A stretch of DNA of 64,000 nucleotides from Thainema sp. (GTDB taxonomy: Bacteria; Cyanobacteriota; Cyanobacteriia; Phormidesmidales; Phormidesmidaceae): NCBI GenBank assembly GCA_052168235.1, contig JBQLZK010000002.1, forward strand, positions 256,001-320,000, in the 5' to 3' direction. Positions 1-7,758 of this stretch are shown here, piece by piece; the first letter of the stretch is position 1, and the number at the start of each line of letters is the position of its first letter. The notes under the pieces are model-generated. The model did no database searches and was not told the DNA's origin. It worked only from the letters and a program-made list of their open reading frames with translations. A program made the position numbers and the translations under genes.

Positions 1-572
1 AGTTTACCTATCAGCAAAAGATGGGTAAGTACGAGGAGTTTAAGAATATTTGTCTGGTGGATACACTGGATCACTGCAGTGCAGCAGGCCACCAGTTTGA
101 CCTGTTTGCTATGAGTGTGCAGAACACGTCGCGGATTCAGCAGCAGAACGATCGCACCATCTCTGTCATCATCGGCAATCCGCCCTACAACGCCCACCAG
201 GAAAACTTCAATCAGCGCAACGCTAACCGCCCCTACCAAAGTATCGATAAGGCCATCAAAGACAGCTATATCAAGGAAGGCACTGCCCAGAACCAAATCG
301 TTGTCTACGATATGTATACCCGCTTCTTTCGCTGGGCAACGGATCGATTAGGCAAGAACGGAATCATCGCGTTTATTACTAATCGCTCTTTCATCGACTC
401 GAAAACCTTTGATGGCTTTCGTAAATGTATTGAGCGAGACTTTGACCATATCTACATTGTGGATACTCAATCAGATGTGAGAAACAATCCCAAAATCTCT
501 GGCACCAAGAACAACGTTTTTGGCATTCAAACCGGAATCGCTGTGATGTTTTTAGTAAAAGCGCAGGGCTAG
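1..572 (+). CDS. Adenine DNA methyltransferase half of a Type ISP-like restriction-modification enzyme (5' partial, runs in from upstream)
   Basis: IIGNPPY catalytic motif; YDMYTRFFRWATDR, GIIAFITNRSF and NVFGIQTGIAV segments typical of LlaGI/LlaBIII-like MTase regions; frame is open back to the window start. Confidence 0.85.
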   Translation, partial: FTYQQKMGKYEEFKNICLVDTLDHCSAAGHQFDLFAMSVQNTSRIQQQNDRTISVIIGNPPYNAHQENFNQRNANRPYQSIDKAIKDSYIKEGTAQNQIVVYDMYTRFFRWATDRLGKNGIIAFITNRSFIDSKTFDGFRKCIERDFDHIYIVDTQSDVRNNPKISGTKNNVFGIQTGIAVMFLVKAQG

Positions 573-585
573 ACAAGGGGCACAG

Positions 586-607
586 ACAAGGGGCTTAAGC
601 CCCTTGT
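586..607. repeat. REP-like perfect 22-bp palindrome ACAAGGGGCTTAAGCCCCTTGT in the junction between the two RM genes
   Basis: Read directly; the same 20-bp core recurs at 1396, 1477, 1981 and 2097. Confidence 0.95.
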
Positions 608-628
608 TCATAAGGGAGGGGGAGAAGC

Positions 629-2749
629 ATGAGCAAGGCGAAAATCTATTACTTTACGCTGCAAGATGAGCAGACCAAGGAAGAAAAGCTGGAGTGGTTT
701 GAGCAAACCCGTCTAGAGCAAATCCTGTTTGAGCATATCACCCCAGACCGCAAGCACAACTGGGTGAATTTGACCGACAACGATTTTGATGACTTCTTGC
801 CGCTGATTGATAAGCAGGTAAAGGCAAGTAAGTCACAAGAAGCTGTTTTTCAGCTTTTTTCAGCGGGGGTTAAGACTCAGCGCGATGAGTGGGTTTATGA
901 CTTCTCAAAAGAAGCGCTAATTGAGCGCATGAAGTATTTCGTCGAGGTATATCAAGAGCGTCTAAGAGATGGATCGCGACGAAATTTAGACATCAAGTGG
1001 GATCGTGAGCTTGAAAAATATTTGACTAGTAACGTCAAGAAGAGTTTTCATACATCTAATATAGTTCAAAGTATTTACCGACCGTATACAAAACAGTATC
1101 TCTATTTTGATAAGCATTTCAATGGAATGACTTATCAACTTCCAAGTATTTTTCCATCAGCAAAGAAACCTAATAAGGCTATTTGGATTAAATCGGGTAT
1201 AGATGCTCCGTATTTTCATTGGGTTGTAGAGCACATCCCTGATGTGCTTACAAACGGTGGCTCTCAATGCCTCCCCCTCTATCGCTATGACGAAAACGGA
1301 ACCCGCATCGACAACATCACCGACTGGGCATTAGAGCAGTTTCGGCAACATTACAAAGCAGAGTTAGACCAAGCAGCGTCTAAGGCAGCGTCAGGCAAGG
1401 GGCTTAAGCCCCTTGTTCCCCACACAGATGTAGAAAAGCGCAGCGCAGAACAAAACGATCGCTCAGGCGAACCGGGCAAGGGGCTTAAGCCCCTTGTCTC
1501 AGCGGAGCCCCTTGTTCCCCATACATGGTGGTTTGTAACTTTCGTGACTCATAACGCTCGCGTATCCGAACGCATGGTTACTTACGGCGTCAAAAAAGGG
1601 GAACCGCTTATCTTTTCAGCCGAAGATCAAATCTTTATTGCTGAGCAGATTGCTGAAGCTGTCAAACGGTACGAAATTGCGATCGCCGCCTTCAATGTTC
1701 TACCCGATCACGTCCACATGGTGGTTGCCGCATCAACCGAAGCAGAACTGAACGAAAAGATCCGCAAAATCAAAGGTTTTAGTTCTCACCAATATCAGCG
1801 ATCGCGAGACTGGGATAAAGGTCAGCATGTTTGGGCGCAAAAATTTAACCGACAGGCGATCGAAAATGAAATTGCCCTCACTGAGATTTTGGAATATGTG
1901 CTGAATAACCACACTAAACATGCTGAACGCTGGGGCAATGAACTCATTACGATATGGAATGAGGGTGTTACTCCTGGGAACAAGGGGCTTAAGCCCCTTG
2001 TCTTAGAGGGGCCCCTTGCCTCTAGTCGGCCTCTTGCCGAAATTGTGCGAGAAGTCTGCGTTCCGCTTGAAGAGCTTTTCAGCTCTGGAGGGGGAACAAG
2101 GGGCTTAAGCCCCTTGTCTGACCAAGTTGACCAGGCAGAAATCACCAAACTCGACATCTTCCACTACACCTACGCCGTCCTCCACCATCCCGCCTACCGC
2201 ACCAAATACGAACTCAACCTCAAACGCGAATTTCCTCGCCTGCCCTACTACCCCAACTTCCAACAGTGGGCCACCTGGGGCAAAACCCTCATGGATCTGC
2301 ACCTCACCTACGAAACCGCCGCACCCTACGGCCTCGAACGCATTGATCAATCCGGCGTAGGGGCGAATGGCCATTCGCCCCTACAGGCATCGTTAATTCC
2401 CGAAGAAGACACCCCCGCCAAACCCAAGAAAACCCCCAAACCCAAACTCAAAGCCGACAAAACCCAAGGCCATATCATCCTCGATACCGATACCACCCTT
2501 ACCGGAGTGCCCGCCGTTGCCTGGGACTACAAACTCGGCAACCGCTCCGCCCTGGAGTGGATACTCGATCAATACAAAGAAAAGAAACCCAAAGATCCTA
2601 CGATCCGAGAACTCTTCAACACCTACCGCTTCGCCGATTACAAAGAGCACGTCATCGACCTACTCCAGCGCGTCTGCACCGTCAGCGTCGAGACGATGAA
2701 AATCATCCACCAAATGCCCGACACTGTAGAACATGAAGGCGAGGCATGA
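629..2749 (+). CDS. Type ISP RM C-terminal specificity (target-recognition) protein with an in-frame Y1/RAYT transposase domain insertion
   Basis: GVKTQRDEWVYDF, YRPYTKQYLYF, NITDWAL, DIFHYTYAVLHHPAYR..Y..NLKREFPRLP and WDYKLGNRSALEWILDQYK are Type ISP C-terminal motifs; purine-rich RBS upstream of the ATG. Confidence 0.85.
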   Translation: MSKAKIYYFTLQDEQTKEEKLEWFEQTRLEQILFEHITPDRKHNWVNLTDNDFDDFLPLIDKQVKASKSQEAVFQLFSAGVKTQRDEWVYDFSKEALIERMKYFVEVYQERLRDGSRRNLDIKWDRELEKYLTSNVKKSFHTSNIVQSIYRPYTKQYLYFDKHFNGMTYQLPSIFPSAKKPNKAIWIKSGIDAPYFHWVVEHIPDVLTNGGSQCLPLYRYDENGTRIDNITDWALEQFRQHYKAELDQAASKAASGKGLKPLVPHTDVEKRSAEQNDRSGEPGKGLKPLVSAEPLVPHTWWFVTFVTHNARVSERMVTYGVKKGEPLIFSAEDQIFIAEQIAEAVKRYEIAIAAFNVLPDHVHMVVAASTEAELNEKIRKIKGFSSHQYQRSRDWDKGQHVWAQKFNRQAIENEIALTEILEYVLNNHTKHAERWGNELITIWNEGVTPGNKGLKPLVLEGPLASSRPLAEIVREVCVPLEELFSSGGGTRGLSPLSDQVDQAEITKLDIFHYTYAVLHHPAYRTKYELNLKREFPRLPYYPNFQQWATWGKTLMDLHLTYETAAPYGLERIDQSGVGANGHSPLQASLIPEEDTPAKPKKTPKPKLKADKTQGHIILDTDTTLTGVPAVAWDYKLGNRSALEWILDQYKEKKPKDPTIRELFNTYRFADYKEHVIDLLQRVCTVSVETMKIIHQMPDTVEHEGEA
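1358..2137 (+). mobile_element. In-frame insert of about 260 codons: HUH/Y1 tyrosine transposase domain (RAYT/IS200 TnpA-like, about 1526-1933) flanked by four REP-like palindromes
   Basis: FVTFVTH, NVLPDHVH (HUH), KIKGFSS, WAQKF and EYVLNN (catalytic Tyr); palindromes at 1396-1415, 1477-1496, 1980-2001 and 2096-2117; imperfect direct repeat GACCA(A/G)GCAG at 1367 and 2129. Confidence 0.85.
2357..2384. repeat. GTAG-type REP, perfect 28-bp palindrome, in frame within the specificity gene
   Basis: GTAGGGGCGAATGG-CCATTCGCCCCTAC, translated as VGANGHSPL. Confidence 0.9.
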
Positions 2750-2770
2750 TGGTGCTGTGAGCAACCATTT

Positions 2771-2840
2771 CAAACTCTCCGATACCAAGAACAACGTCTT
2801 TGGCATTCAAACCAGAACCGCTGTCATGTTTTTAGTAAAA
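2771..2840 (+). repeat. Diverged copy of the 3' end of the MTase gene (491-560)
   Basis: 62/70 identical by manual alignment, no gaps. Confidence 0.95.
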
Positions 2841-2860
2841 ACTGCTGAGGAGAAAAAGCC

Positions 2861-3130
2861 ATGATTCAACCTACTTTGTTAGAGAAACTAGAGGTATTAC
2901 CAGAATCACTACAAACGGAAGTGCTGCATTATGTTGAATTTCTGTTAGAGAAACACCTCAAAAATAAACCACCTAGCCTTTTAGAATTACGGGAAGAATT
3001 ACAGCAGGAATTAGCGCAACTCACGCCGGAAGAAGCGGAAAAGCGTTATGGATATGGTAGCCTGAAAGGCCAGATTATCATGTCTGATGATTTTGACGAG
3101 CCGCTAGAAGATTTAGCAGAGTATATGTAA
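2861..3130 (+). CDS. DUF2281-type antitoxin
   Basis: LPESLQTEVLHYVEFL N-terminus and GSLKGQIIMSDDFDEPLED C-terminus; lies directly upstream of a PIN gene. Confidence 0.8.
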   Translation: MIQPTLLEKLEVLPESLQTEVLHYVEFLLEKHLKNKPPSLLELREELQQELAQLTPEEAEKRYGYGSLKGQIIMSDDFDEPLEDLAEYM

Positions 3131-3131
3131 C

Positions 3132-3521
3132 ATGCCGATCCTTTTAGATACTCATGCTGTCCTTTGGTATGTTGAGTCAGATCCTAGCCTTAGTGCTAAA
3201 GCTAAGGCTATTTTAGATGCCAAAAAGAATCTGTTTTTTAGTACTGCTAGCCTGTGGGAAACTGCCATCAAGCTCAATGTCGGTAAACTCCAAATCACTT
3301 CGTCATTTAATCAGCTTCTGATTCGGCTTGAGTTCCTGAATATGGAAATTTTGCCGATCAATACAGAAGATCTCAATACTTATATTGGTCTACCTTTATC
3401 GAAGAATCACCGTGATCCCTTTGACCGTATTTTGGTGGCTCAATCCATTAACCATTCAATGCCTATCTTGAGTGGTGACGAGAAATTTGATTTGTATCCA
3501 GTTCAGCGGGTGTGGGAATGA
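3132..3521 (+). CDS. vapC: PIN-domain VapC-family toxin
   Basis: LLDTHA, SLWETAIK, HRDPFDRILVAQ and LSGD motifs. Confidence 0.9.
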   Translation: MPILLDTHAVLWYVESDPSLSAKAKAILDAKKNLFFSTASLWETAIKLNVGKLQITSSFNQLLIRLEFLNMEILPINTEDLNTYIGLPLSKNHRDPFDRILVAQSINHSMPILSGDEKFDLYPVQRVWE

Positions 3522-3544
3522 GCAAGGCAAAAATCTATTACTTT
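3518..3544 (+). repeat. Copy of the 5' start of the specificity gene (629-655), degenerating shortly afterwards
   Basis: ATGAGCAAGGC(A/G)AAAATCTATTACTTT, 26/27 identical; its ATG overlaps the vapC stop codon. Confidence 0.95.
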
Positions 3545-3659
3545 GCTGCGAGATCTGAGGCGGAGATTACGGACAGAAAACCCAGAATCGTGATAATCCA
3601 AGATTGGACTGTAGCGCGATCGCGCTGATTCCCTATACAGCCTTCTTACTCCCCAACCC

Positions 3660-4970
3660 ATGACCCAACCCCTCTCTGACCTCGCCCGCGAAAAAAATAT
3701 CTGCTACTTCCTGATCTCCTTCACCGATTTATTCGGCACCCAACGCGCCAAGCTTGTTCCTGCTGCTGCAATTGACGAGATGGCCGCTAGCGGAGCGGGA
3801 TTTGCCGGATTTGCCACCTGGCTCGACATGACGCCTGCCGATGCCGACATGTTTGCAGTTCCCGACACTGATAGTCTATTCCAGCTACCTTGGAAACCCG
3901 ATGTCGCCTGGATGCCAGCGGATTTGTTTACGCCGAGGATGGATGCGATCGCACAAACGCCGCGCATGGTGCTTCAGCGAGTCCTCCAGCAGGCGCGAGA
4001 CATGGGCTACAGCGTCAAAACGGGGGTGGAATGCGAGTATTTTCTGCTGTCACCGGATGGCGAGGCGCTGTCTGATCCCTACGATCGCCAGGTGAAACCC
4101 TGCTATGACCAGCAGGCACTGATGCGGCGGTTTGATGTGATTGCGGAAATCTGCGATGCCATGCTGGCGCTGGGTTGGGGAGCCTACCAGAACGATCACG
4201 AAGACGCCAACGGTCAGTTTGAGATGAACTGGATGTATGCCGATGCGCTGATCACGGCGGATCGGCATGCGTTCTTTAAGTACATGGTCAAGTCCATTGC
4301 CGAAAAGCATGGTCTGCGAGCCACGTTCATGCCCAAGCCGTTCGCGCACCTGACCGGGAATGGCTGCCACACTCACCTCTCAGTGTGGGACACCAGCGGC
4401 ACAACGAATCTATTTCACGATCCAGAAGGCGAACTAGGTCTGTCGTCACTGGCCTACAACTTCATTGGCGGCGTAATGCATTCAGCATCAGCGCTTTGCG
4501 CCTTTACCAATCCAACCATTAACTCCTACAAGCGGATTAATGCGCCCACCACCCTGTCCGGCGCAACTTGGTCGCCCAATACCGCCAGCTACAGCGGCAA
4601 CAATCGCACCCATGCCATCCGAATTCCTGACTCTGGACGGTTTGAGCTGCGGTTGGCCGATGGTGCAGCTAATCCCTATTTACTCGCAGCGGCAATGGTT
4701 GCGGCAGGACTGGACGGCATTGCCCAGAAGCGTGACCCTGGCCCCCGCTGTGACAACAACAACTACACCGAGCCGCTGCCACAAGGTTCAGCGAAGCCTC
4801 TGCCTGCCAATCTATTAGATGCCTTGCGGCAGTTGGAGCAAAATACCGTCTTCCAGGATGCGATGGGAGCAGAGTTTGTACAGTCTTATCTCAAGCTCAA
4901 GCATCAGGAATGGAACAGCTACCACGCTCAAATTACGCCGTGGGAACGGGAAACGACGCTGGATTGTTAG
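3660..4970 (+). CDS. glnT: Type III glutamate-ammonia ligase (GlnT / gamma-glutamylmethylamide synthetase-like)
   Basis: FTDLFG.QRAKLVPA, GAGFAGFA, YQNDHEDANGQFEMN, ATFMPKPF, GNGCH, ELRLADGAANPYL; C-terminal TTLDC. Confidence 0.85.
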   Translation: MTQPLSDLAREKNICYFLISFTDLFGTQRAKLVPAAAIDEMAASGAGFAGFATWLDMTPADADMFAVPDTDSLFQLPWKPDVAWMPADLFTPRMDAIAQTPRMVLQRVLQQARDMGYSVKTGVECEYFLLSPDGEALSDPYDRQVKPCYDQQALMRRFDVIAEICDAMLALGWGAYQNDHEDANGQFEMNWMYADALITADRHAFFKYMVKSIAEKHGLRATFMPKPFAHLTGNGCHTHLSVWDTSGTTNLFHDPEGELGLSSLAYNFIGGVMHSASALCAFTNPTINSYKRINAPTTLSGATWSPNTASYSGNNRTHAIRIPDSGRFELRLADGAANPYLLAAAMVAAGLDGIAQKRDPGPRCDNNNYTEPLPQGSAKPLPANLLDALRQLEQNTVFQDAMGAEFVQSYLKLKHQEWNSYHAQITPWERETTLDC

Positions 4971-4987
4971 GGTTGCCTCCTAAAGAT

Positions 4988-5566
4988 TCAGCGTTTTACG
5001 CTGTAATAAAGCAGCAGTACACCGTTGGGATAAATTTTGCTGTCGGTCAGATCTAACGCCATTTGTGGAATCACGTTAGCGAATAGCGGGATGCCTGCAC
5101 CCATCAGAAAGGGATTCAGTTTGAGAATGAGCTGATCGATGAGCTGGTTAGCAAACAGGGTGCTGGCCAGATTTGCGCCACCGCAGAGCCAAATGTCCTT
5201 GCCATCTTCCGCTTTTAGCTGTTGCACCACCTCAATGGCCTGATCTGAAACCAGTTTAACGTTGGCGTCTGGGCTTTCCGAGATGCTGCGAGAAAAGAGG
5301 TACTGCCTCAGATGCGTATAGGGACTGGTGACGCCTTCCTTGAGGCCAACTTCATAGGTTTTGCGCCCCATCAGCACCGTATCAAACCGCTGATTGTCGC
5401 CGTCAACGCCCATCACCTCACGCAGATGGGAGGGAACCGTTTCAGGAAAAGTGGCAAATAAATCAGCAAAATAGTCCTGATCCTGCGAAAATCCATCATG
5501 GGAGCCGTTGGTATGAGCAATAAAGCCATCTACGCTGCAAGCGACGTAATAAATTAGGTTTCGCAT
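4988..5566 (-). CDS. Dihydrofolate reductase / RibD C-terminal family protein
   Basis: YVACSVDGFIA, LMGRKTY, IWLCGGANLA and GAGIPLF; start placed at MRNLIYY with a GGGAGGG RBS. Confidence 0.85.
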   Translation of the reverse strand: MRNLIYYVACSVDGFIAHTNGSHDGFSQDQDYFADLFATFPETVPSHLREVMGVDGDNQRFDTVLMGRKTYEVGLKEGVTSPYTHLRQYLFSRSISESPDANVKLVSDQAIEVVQQLKAEDGKDIWLCGGANLASTLFANQLIDQLILKLNPFLMGAGIPLFANVIPQMALDLTDSKIYPNGVLLLYYSVKR

Positions 5567-5630
5567 TTGGCCCTCCCTCACTACACAAGCTTGAGCAGCC
5601 ACTTGATATTACTGCTTGTCGTGGTGTTGA

Positions 5631-5734
5631 ATATCAAATCTGTGTATAGGAACCCAATTTATTTTTTGTGAAACGTTTGTGGAGCAAACGTTTCACAAAA
5701 AATAAATCATGGGTTTTCAACCCGACTTGGATAT
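5631..5734. repeat. Small dispersed palindromic element with an internal 23-bp-arm hairpin (5657-5707)
   Basis: ATATCAAATC...GACTTGGATAT ends; similar ends at 20629-20722. Confidence 0.6.
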
Positions 5735-5761
5735 AAGCCATGATTTTGGATGGACTACCGA

Positions 5762-6514
5762 CTATTTTTGAACGGCTGTGAAACCACCATCTACGACTAA
5801 ATTGTGGCCCGTCACGAAGGCTGCGCCATCGGAGCAGAGCCAAACGACGGCCTCGGCGATGTCTTCGGGTGCGCCAATTCGCTGGAGCGGGATGCCAGCA
5901 GCCACCTGATCCAGCATTTCAGGGGGTGCGCCTGCCCACAAGTCTGTTTTCACTGCGCCAGGGCTGACCGTGTTGATCCGAATTCGATCAGCCGAGTACT
6001 CAGCGGCGGCGGCACGGGAAAGGGCAATCACGCCAGCTTTGGCGGCTCCGTAGGCTCCATATCCGGCAACTCCCAACAGTGCGCCTTGCGAAGACGTGTT
6101 GACGATCGCACCTCCGCCTGACTGCTGCATGACCGGAATCTCGTACTTCATGGACAGCCAAACCGACTTGAGATTCACGTTCATCTCAAAATCCCAGTCG
6201 GCTTCCGATAGCTCTGTGATGTTGCCAGAGGTGCCAGAACCCGCATTATTAAAGGCATAGTCCAGCCGACCATAAGCGGCAACGGTCTGCTGAATCATCT
6301 TCTCCACATCTGCTGCTTGGGTAACATCGGCTTGCACAAACATGGCATTGCCACCCGCTGCCTGCACCAGTTGAACCGTTTCTTCTCCCTGGTTCACGCG
6401 GCGGGCGACGACGACAACGCTTGCGCCTGCTTGGCCAAATGCGATCGCAGTTGCCCGACCAATTCCCGAACTTGCCCCAGTCACAATTGCAACTTTGTCA
6501 GCCATTGAAGTCAT
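5762..6514 (-). CDS. SDR family oxidoreductase
   Basis: TGASSGIG, NNAG, YGAAK catalytic motif and VDGG. Confidence 0.92.
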   Translation of the reverse strand: MTSMADKVAIVTGASSGIGRATAIAFGQAGASVVVVARRVNQGEETVQLVQAAGGNAMFVQADVTQAADVEKMIQQTVAAYGRLDYAFNNAGSGTSGNITELSEADWDFEMNVNLKSVWLSMKYEIPVMQQSGGGAIVNTSSQGALLGVAGYGAYGAAKAGVIALSRAAAAEYSADRIRINTVSPGAVKTDLWAGAPPEMLDQVAAGIPLQRIGAPEDIAEAVVWLCSDGAAFVTGHNLVVDGGFTAVQK

Positions 6515-6831
6515 ACTGTTTGTCCTTAACCCACAGATGATTGCAGAGATAATTCGGTAAGAGTATTACTAAAAGCTGAATAGTGATTGTTGTATTTCAT
6601 ACGAAATAAGTATGAATAAAATTAGAGTATGAATAAAATCAAAGCCCAATAAAATTGGAAAGAACTACAATTTTTAGATTTAGTTCATTTGATTAATATT
6701 CTTACACCCACCTATAGCAGCATGCGATCGCAAAAAGGACTCTGTCTTATGCAGGTGTAAATACGAAAATATTCTTCATAGCCTTAGTAAAGCATCTATC
6801 AATATGAGCGTCGAATTACTAAGGATTAGAT

Positions 6832-7485
6832 ATGAATAACATTCACCCAATAAAACTCAAACAAGCTGGGCTTCTAGGTATTATGGGCGGCAGCTTATTA
6901 GCTGGATTTTCTGTTTTTGCTCCTCAAGCCTCGGCTCAAATTAACCCCTGTCCGGGCATCTATTACGAAGAGCCTTACAGCTTATATGTAGCTAGCCCAG
7001 AAGGATGTCCACCCAATGCGCGGGCCGAAATGCTTCAGGCTCAACCAGGTCAAGGCGGTACCTATCCGTCTCAGGACGATACGATGTTGGGAACCGGCTC
7101 TAATCCGATGATTCGCCAGCCCAACATGCAGAACTATCCTTATGAGCAGGACTGGACCACTACTGCATCTCCAATTGCTCGCGTAGAGCCAACGAACGGT
7201 ACGGTTAATATTCAGTTGATGAATTCAACTAATATTCCCATTTATTACGAGGTGACTGGAGAAACTGGGCGTCGCATCATTGCCGCTCAAGATGAAGCCT
7301 ATCTGCAAAATATTTCTTTGCCAGCAACTATCACGGCTGTCCGAACTGATGATGGTCTATTACAAGTCATTCCAGAACGGAATGATGAGGGTATCTTAGA
7401 GCTTTCACTAGAGGAAGATCCCACGTTTGATGACACCCAAGGCGTGATTCGCATCCAATCGGATGGACAAGTATTTGTGAACTAA
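6832..7485 (+). CDS. Hypothetical secreted protein
   Basis: Signal peptide-like N-terminus ending ASA; AAGGA RBS; 217-aa ORF. Confidence 0.75.
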   Translation: MNNIHPIKLKQAGLLGIMGGSLLAGFSVFAPQASAQINPCPGIYYEEPYSLYVASPEGCPPNARAEMLQAQPGQGGTYPSQDDTMLGTGSNPMIRQPNMQNYPYEQDWTTTASPIARVEPTNGTVNIQLMNSTNIPIYYEVTGETGRRIIAAQDEAYLQNISLPATITAVRTDDGLLQVIPERNDEGILELSLEEDPTFDDTQGVIRIQSDGQVFVN

Positions 7486-7534
7486 GCCGTTTTTTCGTTT
7501 GAAGCTTAGGACGATCTGAAGCCTACAGCCATCT

Positions 7535-7589
7535 TAAATTGATGATGAACAGGCCGCCCCAACGGGGCGGCCTGTTCATCATCAATTTA
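7535..7589. terminator. Perfect 26-bp-arm hairpin, probable terminator or REP-like element
   Basis: TAAATTGATGATGAACAGGCCGCCCC-aac-GGGGCGGCCTGTTCATCATCAATTTA. Confidence 0.7.
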
Positions 7590-7758
7590 GTTCATCAGCT
7601 ATTTCAACTTGATATCACCTAGAAGATAGATTTAATTTATATTCTGTCTGACTACAATCCCTTCGGTCATCGCAGTTGAGTTATGACGTGTGATTGTGAC
7701 TTGAGAATTGCGATCGCATCATGCCATCGATGTCACTTAATGAGGTGAAATAGGCTTT

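Noticed and set aside
586..2117. Five copies of a 20-22-bp palindrome considered as a CRISPR array
   Set aside because: Spacing is irregular (about 80-810 bp), most copies are in coding sequence, and no cas genes are present; fits REP sequences around a RAYT.
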